Source: Spirochaetaceae bacterium
GTDB taxonomy: Bacteria; Spirochaetota; Spirochaetia; DSM-27196; SLAA01
Assembly (NCBI GenBank): GCA_007695055.1
Contig: REEM01000222.1
Span: forward strand, 1-61,055
Reading direction: 5' to 3'
DNA length: 61,055 nt
Of this stretch, positions 25,623 through 34,639 are shown in pieces. A model generated the notes under the pieces. The model did not search any database, was not told the origin of the DNA, and saw only the letters and a program-made list of their open reading frames with translations. The translations under genes were made by a program, and so were the position numbers. Position 1 is the stretch's first letter, and each line of letters opens with the position of its first letter.

Positions 25623-28457
25623 ATGCGTTTACTTGTTACTCATGCACAACGTCTCATCCTTGCAGTTCTCATCCTGCTGTTGCTTCCGCTTGCCGTCGGA
25701 GCGCAGTCTGTTGAAGATAGACTCGCACTCCCAATAGACTCGGCGATCCGTCATGGCCAGCTGGAGAATGGTGTCCGCTATATCATTCGCAAGAATGAAG
25801 AACCGGCTGGGCGCGCCTTTCTGCGGCTGGTCGTAAATGCTGGCTCCACACTTGAAACCGAGAACCAGCTCGGGCTGGCTCATTTTGTTGAACACATGGC
25901 GTTCAACGGTACCGAGGATTTTGAAAAAGATGAAATTATTGCCTACCTTGAGTCGCTCGGCATGCGCTTTGGGCCTGATGTCAACGCGTACACCAGCTTC
26001 GAAGAAACCGTATACATGCTCCAGCTCCCCACCGACTCCACCGAGCGCCTTGAACGCGCCTTTCATATTCTTGAAAACTGGGCCCACAAAGTAAGCTTTG
26101 ACCCTGAGGAGGTGGAACGAGAGCGCGGTGTTATCCTGGAGGAGTGGCGTGTAGGACTTGGGGCTCAGACACGACTACGAGATGCCCAGTTTCCTATACT
26201 CTTTCAAGGATCCCGGTATGCTGACCGCCTTCCTATTGGAAAACCTGAGGTCTTTATGAATGCTCCGCGCGAGGAACTCCTGGCCTTTTACCGTGAGTGG
26301 TACCGCCCGGAGCTCATGTCGGTGATTGCTGTTGGAGACTTTGACAAGGACCTTGTCGAGGGATTTATCCATAAATTCTTTGGTCGTATTGAGTCTCGAG
26401 ACGACGCACCTGAACGACCGGAGTTTCTGGTGCCCGAACACACCGAAACACTTTTTGCAATAGCCTCCGACCCAGAAGCTCCACGTAGTTCCGTTGCCGT
26501 CTACAATAAACGCCCCCCCAATCCAATGCAAACAAGGGCTGAGTATCGCGAGCGTCTGGCTGACATACTCTACGCCATGATGATGAATGAGCGCTTCTCC
26601 GAACTATCCCAAGCCAGCGACGCCCCATTTCTCCAGGCAAGCGCCGCCACCGGTCGGATTGTTCGCGCAGCCGATGTTCACCTCCTTCAAGCAGTAACTG
26701 ACGAAGGCGGAATAACTGCGGGACTCGAGGCCATTGCGCGTGAAACACAGCGGGTGCAGATCCACGGGTTTAGTGAGGTGGAACGAGAGCTCGCAACTCG
26801 CCGCTTTGAGCGCTCAATGCGCACCGCCTACAACGAACGCGAAAGAACCCCGAGTGACCGCTTCATGGTGGAATACACATCTCATGTTCTGCACGGTGAG
26901 GCCATTCCCGGAATTCAGTACGAGTACGCGCTCACACAGGAGCTCCTGCCCGAGATTAGCCTGGAAGAGCTCAATGCTCGTGCCGAGCAGTTCCTGAGTG
27001 ACCGCAATAGGGTTGTCATGGTCACGCTTCCGGAGCGCGCTGGCCTTGCCCCCCCAACTGAAGTTGAGTTGGCCTCCGCGCTGGGGCGCGCCGAGACTGC
27101 GAGCTTGACCGAGTTTAGTTTTGCTGGTTCGGACGGCCCGCTCATAGATTCAAGTCCAGAGCCGGGGGAAATCATCTCCGAAATCTATCATGAAGAGGTT
27201 GATGCTACCGAGTGGATGCTCAACAACGGAGTTCGAGTAGTCTGGAAGAATACCGAGTTCCGCAGCGACGAAGTCCAGTTCTCTGCCTTTGCAACAGGCG
27301 GCACATCTTTTGCCAACGATGACCGTGTCTTAGAAGCACGAAAACTCAAGGACATGTTCGCTCGTTCCGGTGTTGCCGAGTTTAGCCAGAGCGAGCTTGA
27401 CCGACTGCTAGCGGGGAGTTCGGTACGGGTTGAGCATGTGGTGGAGTCAGTGTTTCATGGCTTGGCTGGCCGTGCATCCACAGAGGACCTTGATACCCTG
27501 TTCCAGCTCATACATCTTCAGTTCACAAAACCTCGGTTAGATGAGCAAAGCTTTGAAAACTTCATTCGTCGCGAGGAGGTCGCACTGCGCAGCCGTGCGA
27601 CCCAGCCCTTTGCAGTATTCCAGGATCGCCTAACTGAACTCCTCTCGCCAGGCAGCACTCGCACGCGCCCATTCCGTGCGGAAATGCTTGGAGAACTCAA
27701 CCGCCACAATGCCATAGACCTTCACCATGACCTTTACGGAAACGCGGGGGCCTTTACCTTTGTGTTTGTGGGAAACATAACTACCGGTGAATCTGCGGAC
27801 TTCAAGGAGCTTGTGCTCGCCTACCTCGGCTCACTTCCAAACGAGCGGCCAGCACCAAGGTTCCATGACCGCCGCACGCCTCGACCGGAGGGCCGAGTTG
27901 AAGACGAGGTGCGCGCTGGAATTGAGGACGCAGGGCGCTTAGCGCTGGTCTACCACGGCGAGCATGACTGGTCACAGGAGCAGAACCACCTTCTGGCCAG
28001 CCTCGCCGACGTCCTACGGTTGCAGTTGCGAGACCGCGTTCGCGAGCGGGAGAGCGGCACCTACTCGGTAGGTGTACAGCGCTCTATCAGCCGCTTTCCC
28101 GAACCCGAGTACCTACTCCTCCTGAGTTTTGGTGCCGACCCTGCACAGTTGCGCAGGCTTGCCGCAGTCGTAGAGGAAGAGACATTGGCGCTTGCCAGTT
28201 CTCCCGAAACTGCCGAGCGTTACCTCGACCGTGTCAAGGAAACACAGCGCCGTGAACACGAACAAGATCTGCGATCAAATAGCTACTGGAACTCAGCACT
28301 CGAGTTTGCGTACAAATACGAGCGTCCACTGGAGTCAATCCTTGCTATTCCAGACCTGATTGGAGCACTCACCGCCGAGAGGATTCGAGCCGCTGCAGAA
28401 CAACATCTTGTGGTTGATCGCTCACTCCTTCTCATGCTCTATCCTGTCGAGGACTAA
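25623..28457 (+). CDS. pqqL: Exported M16 family zinc protease (PqqL-like)
   Basis: Signal peptide; GLAHFVEHMAFNGT (inverted HXXEH), NAYTSFEETVY, ERERGVILEE, RLPIG, FYREWYRPELM; four-domain, 944 aa. Confidence 0.9.
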   Translation: MRLLVTHAQRLILAVLILLLLPLAVGAQSVEDRLALPIDSAIRHGQLENGVRYIIRKNEEPAGRAFLRLVVNAGSTLETENQLGLAHFVEHMAFNGTEDFEKDEIIAYLESLGMRFGPDVNAYTSFEETVYMLQLPTDSTERLERAFHILENWAHKVSFDPEEVERERGVILEEWRVGLGAQTRLRDAQFPILFQGSRYADRLPIGKPEVFMNAPREELLAFYREWYRPELMSVIAVGDFDKDLVEGFIHKFFGRIESRDDAPERPEFLVPEHTETLFAIASDPEAPRSSVAVYNKRPPNPMQTRAEYRERLADILYAMMMNERFSELSQASDAPFLQASAATGRIVRAADVHLLQAVTDEGGITAGLEAIARETQRVQIHGFSEVERELATRRFERSMRTAYNERERTPSDRFMVEYTSHVLHGEAIPGIQYEYALTQELLPEISLEELNARAEQFLSDRNRVVMVTLPERAGLAPPTEVELASALGRAETASLTEFSFAGSDGPLIDSSPEPGEIISEIYHEEVDATEWMLNNGVRVVWKNTEFRSDEVQFSAFATGGTSFANDDRVLEARKLKDMFARSGVAEFSQSELDRLLAGSSVRVEHVVESVFHGLAGRASTEDLDTLFQLIHLQFTKPRLDEQSFENFIRREEVALRSRATQPFAVFQDRLTELLSPGSTRTRPFRAEMLGELNRHNAIDLHHDLYGNAGAFTFVFVGNITTGESADFKELVLAYLGSLPNERPAPRFHDRRTPRPEGRVEDEVRAGIEDAGRLALVYHGEHDWSQEQNHLLASLADVLRLQLRDRVRERESGTYSVGVQRSISRFPEPEYLLLLSFGADPAQLRRLAAVVEEETLALASSPETAERYLDRVKETQRREHEQDLRSNSYWNSALEFAYKYERPLESILAIPDLIGALTAERIRAAAEQHLVVDRSLLLMLYPVED

Positions 28458-31400
28458 GCCTCGCTCGGACGGCGGCGATCTCGGCGCTCGTACAGAATCC
28501 CGTACAAGCAGGGAACAACAACAAGTGCGGTCAAGGTTGAGAACAAGAGGCCAAAGACAATGGTGCTCGCCATTGGCCCCCAGACTATCGACTCGCCACC
28601 AAGGCCCATTGCTATGGGTAACAGCCCGCCAATGGTGGTAAACGAGGTAAGGAGAATTGGCCGCAGCCGAGTCACCGCCCCGTCTATTACCGCCTCAGCT
28701 ACCGGGGCGCCTTCTTTGCGACGCTCGTTTATGAAGGAGACTAACACAATGGTATCATTGACCGCGATTCCGGCCAGCGCAACTCCAGCATAGATGACCG
28801 TAGTAGACAGAGCTGTTCCGGACAGTATGAGATACAGAATAACCCCCACAAAGGCAAAAGGCACCGAGAGAAGGATAAGAAATGGTTGGAGGTAACTCTT
28901 AAACTGAGTGCCGAGTATCGCGTAGATAGCAAAGATTCCAACGAGAAAGACGCGGAGTATATCAAGCAGAATATTCAGTATCTCGGCAAAGCGTCCGCCC
29001 ACCGCTAGTTCAACACCTTGGAAGCGCTCGGCGAGTTCGTCATCGTACAGGCTTCGAATGCTTCTGTTAATCTCTGCTAGATTCTCGTTGGTGTAGGTCT
29101 CGGCCTCAACCGTGGCCTCCCTTCGTCCATCAAGACGTCGGATACTTGAGATCCCACCGGCCTCCTCTATGCGAGCAACGCTCGAGAACGGAACCAGCAA
29201 GCCAGCCCTGTTAGGAATTCGCAACTGCACCAACTGCTCAACTCCAGACTGGGTCGCCCCCCCGTACCGAACCAACACCTCGGCCTCTTCGTTACGACTG
29301 AAAAAGCTGCCAGCCGGAACTCCGTCAAAGCTTGCACGCACGAAATTCCCAATACTCTGCTTACTCAGCCCGAATCGGGCGGCAGCGTTTTCATCTACCA
29401 AGATTCTGAGCTCCGGACTCCCTTGATCCAGATTGTCCTGAATATCAAAGACTTCCGGGAAATCGGTCAGCTGCAACCGCACCGCCTCAGTCACCTGAGC
29501 AAGCTCCTCTAACTCCTCACCAAAGAATCGAAATACAATAGGCGGGTCCTGAGGTGGCCCACTTGGAGCCTTGCGAAAGCGCACCGTCTCCGGGCCTGCT
29601 ATATGAAGGGTGCTCTCCTGTATGTCACCCATGACCTCCGCAATGCTCCGTGTTCGGCCGTCATCAAGCTCGGCTAGATCGACCGTGAGCTGGGCAACGC
29701 TACTGCGAGTAACCGAACCGTCCTGACGCCCGGTGAATCCTATAGTAGAGACAACAGAGATAATCTCCCCGTCGCCAAGTCGCGGAAGCACTTCAGCCTC
29801 GAACTCCGCGACTATTTCGTCAGTGCGCTGCAGCGGCGTACCGGGAGGCATCTCAATCTCAATGAAAAACACCGAGAAATCCTCAGCGGCAAAGAGGTCC
29901 GGTGGTATGGTGCGCACCAACCCAAAGGTTCCAATCATAATCACAAACATAAGCGCCACCGTCTTGAACTTATGCCTATAGACGCGGCGAATGAACCCAG
30001 CGTAGAGCGACTGCATTTTTTCGAGCACTCGTCGCCGTGGTGGTCGGGAGCCTCCCGGCCAGTCAGCATAATGTGATGGAAGAAACACACTTGCCTCAAA
30101 TGTAGATGCCACGAGTGCAATAGTGACGGTAATTGGCACGACGCGGAGAAATCGACCTATGACACCCGGCAGAAATGCTAGCGGCAGAAATGCTGCAATG
30201 GTCGTGGCGGTTGCTGCAATAATGGGAATAACAACCTGGTCTACCCCGCGGACTGCAGCGTCACGCTGCGATAGCCCTTCCGACTGCAGCCTATAGCTGT
30301 TCTCCACAATCACAATGGCGTGGTCAACAATAAGCCCAAGAACCAGTACCAGTGCGAATAAGGTGTTGCTGTTGAGTGTCTCGCCGGTCGCTTCAAGAAT
30401 TATAAAGGTAACAGCAAAGGTTACCGGGATACCCAGCCCGGTCATGAGTGCGTTACGGATACCCACGAACAGGAACAAAATTACCACAAGCAAAATAAGG
30501 CCCAGCACTGCATTCGAAATCAGCACATCGAGACTGTCGCGGATTTGTACTGTTGAGTCATTGAAGAAGGCTAACTCAACCCCTGTGGGTAGATCAGATG
30601 CATAAGCGGTGGCGACCCGCCGCGCTTCATCAATAACACCAATGGAACTACCTCCCGGGATCTTCGTTATGCGCAGCGAGATTGCCGGGAGGCCATTAAA
30701 ACGGGCCCCTCCGGCCTCGGAGTCATAGTCCTCACGTATCTCGGCAACATCACCGAGCAAGACCACACCTTGACCATCACTGCTAGCTGTACGGACGACG
30801 GTACGTTCGAACTCATCAAGATCGCGGATTTCACCGACGGTTCGCAGAATATAGTCGCGTGCGCCACTACTAATTGTGCCACCTGGCACCGTGACATTGC
30901 GAGAACGAACCGCTGCAACAACCTCGTCTAGTGCAAGTCCAATAGCCTCGGCTCGACTACGGTCAACCGAAATAAGCACCTTACGATCACGCGATCCGAC
31001 CGGAGTGACTCCAGACACCTCGGGAACCCTGCGGAGTCGATCTCTGAGTTCAAGCGCAGAGCGGTTGAGCACCTCATACTCAGTTTCTCCGTAAAGCACA
31101 ACCTCAATGACAGGAAGAAAGTCGTTGGACGAGAAGTCTTCAATTGAGGCCTGCAGTGTGCCATCCGGTAGGCTAACGTTTGAAAACCTATTTCTCACCT
31201 CCTGAAATAGCGAGTCAAACTCACGTGCACCAACCCCTTGGTCAAACTCCAGGGTTACAACCGAGACTCCTTCATCCGAGATCGAGCGCACCGTGTCCAG
31301 GCGATCAAGACCCTGCATCTCATCTTCAATGGGAATGGTGACGTTGCGCTCTACATCTGCGGCTGCTACCCCGGGGTAAGGTACCGTGATGTTGACAAAA

Positions 31401-31528
31401 AAGAACGGCACCTCTGAGAACTGTTCCTGTGGCAAATTCCTGAGACTGAAAAAACCCAAGACAAGAATAACTACGGTCGCAATGGTGACCAGTACAGAGT
31501 TTGATACGGAGAACCTGCCTATACTCAT
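28454..31528 (-). CDS. RND family efflux transporter permease (AcrB/AcrD/AcrF-like)
   Basis: 1024 aa, two 6-TM halves with large loops; LVLGLIVDHAIVIVEN, GIAVNDTIVLVSF, RLRPILLTSFTTIGGLLP. Confidence 0.92.
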   Translation of the reverse strand: MSIGRFSVSNSVLVTIATVVILVLGFFSLRNLPQEQFSEVPFFFVNITVPYPGVAAADVERNVTIPIEDEMQGLDRLDTVRSISDEGVSVVTLEFDQGVGAREFDSLFQEVRNRFSNVSLPDGTLQASIEDFSSNDFLPVIEVVLYGETEYEVLNRSALELRDRLRRVPEVSGVTPVGSRDRKVLISVDRSRAEAIGLALDEVVAAVRSRNVTVPGGTISSGARDYILRTVGEIRDLDEFERTVVRTASSDGQGVVLLGDVAEIREDYDSEAGGARFNGLPAISLRITKIPGGSSIGVIDEARRVATAYASDLPTGVELAFFNDSTVQIRDSLDVLISNAVLGLILLVVILFLFVGIRNALMTGLGIPVTFAVTFIILEATGETLNSNTLFALVLVLGLIVDHAIVIVENSYRLQSEGLSQRDAAVRGVDQVVIPIIAATATTIAAFLPLAFLPGVIGRFLRVVPITVTIALVASTFEASVFLPSHYADWPGGSRPPRRRVLEKMQSLYAGFIRRVYRHKFKTVALMFVIMIGTFGLVRTIPPDLFAAEDFSVFFIEIEMPPGTPLQRTDEIVAEFEAEVLPRLGDGEIISVVSTIGFTGRQDGSVTRSSVAQLTVDLAELDDGRTRSIAEVMGDIQESTLHIAGPETVRFRKAPSGPPQDPPIVFRFFGEELEELAQVTEAVRLQLTDFPEVFDIQDNLDQGSPELRILVDENAAARFGLSKQSIGNFVRASFDGVPAGSFFSRNEEAEVLVRYGGATQSGVEQLVQLRIPNRAGLLVPFSSVARIEEAGGISSIRRLDGRREATVEAETYTNENLAEINRSIRSLYDDELAERFQGVELAVGGRFAEILNILLDILRVFLVGIFAIYAILGTQFKSYLQPFLILLSVPFAFVGVILYLILSGTALSTTVIYAGVALAGIAVNDTIVLVSFINERRKEGAPVAEAVIDGAVTRLRPILLTSFTTIGGLLPIAMGLGGESIVWGPMASTIVFGLLFSTLTALVVVPCLYGILYERRDRRRPSEA

Positions 31529-31546
31529 GAATAACTCCCGATACCT

Positions 31547-32635
31547 TTACTGTACATCTGCCGACGAGACCATGGATGGTCGTACCACTACCCCGTCACG
31601 CACACGAGTAAGTCCGGAGCTTACCACTCGCTCTCCCTCGCTAATCCCTTCCAGCACCAGGGCCCGATCCGCAAACTGCTCACCTAAGCGAAGCTCACGC
31701 CGCTCCACGCGGTCACTATCAGTAAGGACGTAGGCATAATTGGCGTCTCGCTGGCGGAGTATGGCAGACACAGGCAGAAGGACTCCAGCCGCGCCGTTCT
31801 CAACCTGTATCCGAACCGAGGCAGCCATTCCTACGCGAGCTCGGTCGCCGCACTCATTGCTCCACGTAACTCGCACACGATAACTGCCTGTTGCTGCATC
31901 GGCACCGGCGGCAACCGCCGACACTACCGCGCCAGTAACGGGTTCAGGGCAGGCTCGTGTCCGCACATCAGCCAGGTCGCCCCGCGACACAAGTGCGATC
32001 TCCCTTTCTCCAAGAGACAAATCAACACGGAGGCTCTCAAGATCAACCACGCGGGCAACCGGACTCCCGGCGCCAAGATAGTTGCCTGCCTCTATCTCCG
32101 GGGGACGGGATGCAACCACCCCGTCAAAAGGGGCGCGCACTGTGCGAGCCTCGAACTGTCGCCTGGCCGACTCGTAACGAGCTCCTGCACCTCCGACTGC
32201 GGCGCGGGCTCGGGACAGGTCGAGCCTACTTGCACTCCCGCGCTCAAAGAGGCGTTCAATAGCTACCGAGTCCAGTCGTGCGGTTTCCAGCTCCTCACGA
32301 GCCTGCTGCATGGCGTAGCGCTCAACCTCGTCATCAAAGCGGAGCATCACCTGCCCGGCCTTTACCGCGTCACCAAGCTCAAAGCCAAGCTCGCGTATGA
32401 CACCCTGCGTCTCGGTTACCAGAAGAACCTCGCGCGCACCCGCTACAATACCAGTAGACTCCACAGTATCTATGAGGCGACCCCGCCGGGCTTCAACCAC
32501 CTCCACAGCAGGTTGCATCCAGTCTCCGGCGCTATCGGTCGCCCACTCTCCGGTGGCAGCAGAGCGCCCATCCGAAGCTCCTCGGCTACAGGAAACAACA
32601 AGAAGTACAATAGCCAGAATCGGCAACACCTTCAT
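31547..32635 (-). CDS. RND membrane-fusion (periplasmic adaptor) lipoprotein
   Basis: Lipobox LVVSC; lipoyl-hybrid motifs (GDAVKAGQVMLRFD, VRAPFDGVV), helical hairpin, VLEGISEGERVVSSG. Confidence 0.88.
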   Translation of the reverse strand: MKVLPILAIVLLVVSCSRGASDGRSAATGEWATDSAGDWMQPAVEVVEARRGRLIDTVESTGIVAGAREVLLVTETQGVIRELGFELGDAVKAGQVMLRFDDEVERYAMQQAREELETARLDSVAIERLFERGSASRLDLSRARAAVGGAGARYESARRQFEARTVRAPFDGVVASRPPEIEAGNYLGAGSPVARVVDLESLRVDLSLGEREIALVSRGDLADVRTRACPEPVTGAVVSAVAAGADAATGSYRVRVTWSNECGDRARVGMAASVRIQVENGAAGVLLPVSAILRQRDANYAYVLTDSDRVERRELRLGEQFADRALVLEGISEGERVVSSGLTRVRDGVVVRPSMVSSADVQ

Positions 32636-32797
32636 TACATCTACCTCCGCCGGCCGAAAGATACGCTTTCCTGAGCGAACCGCATAGTCCCAATTAGGCT
32701 ACAGATCCCGCCAAATAGTTGGAATGCACGCAGTCTGCCTGCCCCAGGCATGAGGCTACACTTTGTTTTCTGGGAAAAATTGTCTACCTTACAGTCC

Positions 32798-33739
32798 ATG
32801 AGTACAGACATCATTGAGGTAAACCACCTATTCAAGACCTACAGGGATACTCGCGCGGTTGACGACTTAAGCTTTAGAATTGAAGGGCCCGGCTGCTTTG
32901 CGTTTTTGGGGCCGAACGGTGCGGGCAAGACCACGACCATGAAGGTTCTTTACGGCAAGGCAAGACCGGACTCACGTGACGAAACGCAGTTGTCAGTATT
33001 TGGCTATGACCCGCGGTCATCTGAACTGAACATTAAGGCCCTTGCCGGTGTTGCACCCCAGGATGACAACCTGGACCAAGAGTTAAATGTATTACAGAAC
33101 CTCCAGATTTACTCTAAGTTCTACGGACTGGCCAGCTCCAAGGCAGCAGCCCGCATAGACTATCTGTTGGAGTTCATGGAGCTGGCTGAACGGCGCACCG
33201 CGCGAGTCCGTGAACTCTCTGGCGGCATGAAACGCAGGCTTATTATCGCACGCGCATTGCTTGGCAACCCACGGCTTCTGATACTCGACGAGCCAACAAC
33301 CGGGCTCGACCCACAGGTACGGCAGCTCATCTGGGATAAGCTCCGAAGCCTGATCAAGACCGGGGTCACCATATTGCTCACCACTCACTACATGGAGGAG
33401 GCCTACCAGATTGCCGACACCATTGTCATCATGGACAAAGGCAAGAAGGTACTTGAGGGCGCGCCCCGACGCCTTCTCAGTGACAACATAGAGTCCTATG
33501 TACTGGAACTCAACCGACCTGAGCGCAAGGATGAGTTGCTGGCAATGCTGAAGCCTAACGGGCACCCTGAGATTCGGGTTGAGGACTCTGGTGAACGGGT
33601 ACTCTACTACGCGGGCAACATCTCGCACCTGGAAGACCTTGGGTCACACCTGGCTCCAGACGAGTTCCTTGTGCGTCCCAGCAATCTGGAAGACCTGTTT
33701 TTACGAATCACCGGCCGGAGGCTTAACGATGCCCAGTAG
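32798..33739 (+). CDS. ABC-2 exporter ATPase, NodI-like
   Basis: Start re-called at ATG 32798. GPNGAGKTT, LSGGMKRRLIIARAL, ILDEPTTGLDPQVR, LTTHYMEEA. Confidence 0.88.
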   Translation: MSTDIIEVNHLFKTYRDTRAVDDLSFRIEGPGCFAFLGPNGAGKTTTMKVLYGKARPDSRDETQLSVFGYDPRSSELNIKALAGVAPQDDNLDQELNVLQNLQIYSKFYGLASSKAAARIDYLLEFMELAERRTARVRELSGGMKRRLIIARALLGNPRLLILDEPTTGLDPQVRQLIWDKLRSLIKTGVTILLTTHYMEEAYQIADTIVIMDKGKKVLEGAPRRLLSDNIESYVLELNRPERKDELLAMLKPNGHPEIRVEDSGERVLYYAGNISHLEDLGSHLAPDEFLVRPSNLEDLFLRITGRRLNDAQ

Positions 33740-34550
33740 CAGCGAGAACTTTCTGTCCGCACCAATAGATAGCGCCACTGCCCGCCCACGAAGCTTTGCT
33801 GGGCGAATCATGAGTGTCTGGTATCGTCATGTTCGTGTGTACAGTCGCACCCTCATTTCAAATGCACTGCCGCCATTCCTTGAGCCATTGATCTTCCTTG
33901 TTGGGATTGGAATGGGATTAGGCCAGTTTGTGGGAACCATGAACGGGCAACCCTACATACAGTACCTTGCAGCCGGACTGCTGGTGACCGCAGCAATGTT
34001 TACCGCAACCTTTGAGTGTTCCTTTGGTACCTATATTAGACTTGAGTTTGACAAGGTCTACGACGGCATGCTTGGCGCACCCATCACCGCCAACAACCTT
34101 CTGTTGGGCGAAATTGTGTGGGCAGCAACCAAAGGCTTTGTGTTTACCTTGGCCGTGTTGATTGTTGCCATGAGCGCCAGAATTCTCTCCCCGGGATGGA
34201 TTCTCTTGGCCCCAGTAATTGGTTTCTTCACAGGCGCAATGTTTGCTACTCTTGGGCTGCTCATGAACGCCTTTGTGAAGAACATTAACCAGTTTAACTT
34301 TTTATTCTCGGGTCTGATCTCGCCAATGTTCTTCTTTGCCGGTGTGGTCTTCCCTATAGAGAACCTCCCGCGCGCCGCCCAACCCATAGCACTTATCCTC
34401 CCTCTCACCCATCCGGTTCGCCTCACACGCGCACTTGCTGGCGCAGGGTGGAGTCCGGAGCTGTGGTGGAGTATTCTGTATATTGTGGTCGTGACCGCGG
34501 CTTTGGGAACCGCAGCACTTAAGCTACTCAACAAGAAGCTGGTGGACTAG
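33729..34550 (+). CDS. ABC-2 exporter permease, NodJ-like
   Basis: Start ATG 33729 overlaps the ATPase end. PFLEPLIFLVGIGMGLG, YIQYLAAGL, PMFFFAGVVFPIENLP, LPLTHPVRL. Confidence 0.85.
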   Translation: MPSSSENFLSAPIDSATARPRSFAGRIMSVWYRHVRVYSRTLISNALPPFLEPLIFLVGIGMGLGQFVGTMNGQPYIQYLAAGLLVTAAMFTATFECSFGTYIRLEFDKVYDGMLGAPITANNLLLGEIVWAATKGFVFTLAVLIVAMSARILSPGWILLAPVIGFFTGAMFATLGLLMNAFVKNINQFNFLFSGLISPMFFFAGVVFPIENLPRAAQPIALILPLTHPVRLTRALAGAGWSPELWWSILYIVVVTAALGTAALKLLNKKLVD

Positions 34551-34639
34551 GCCCGGCAGAGCTGAAGGTGGCGCCGATGCCAGCTCGCCAGCGTTGGCGC
34601 CAGCTCACCGGAGTCAGCTGACGCGGCCAGCGAGCGCAT

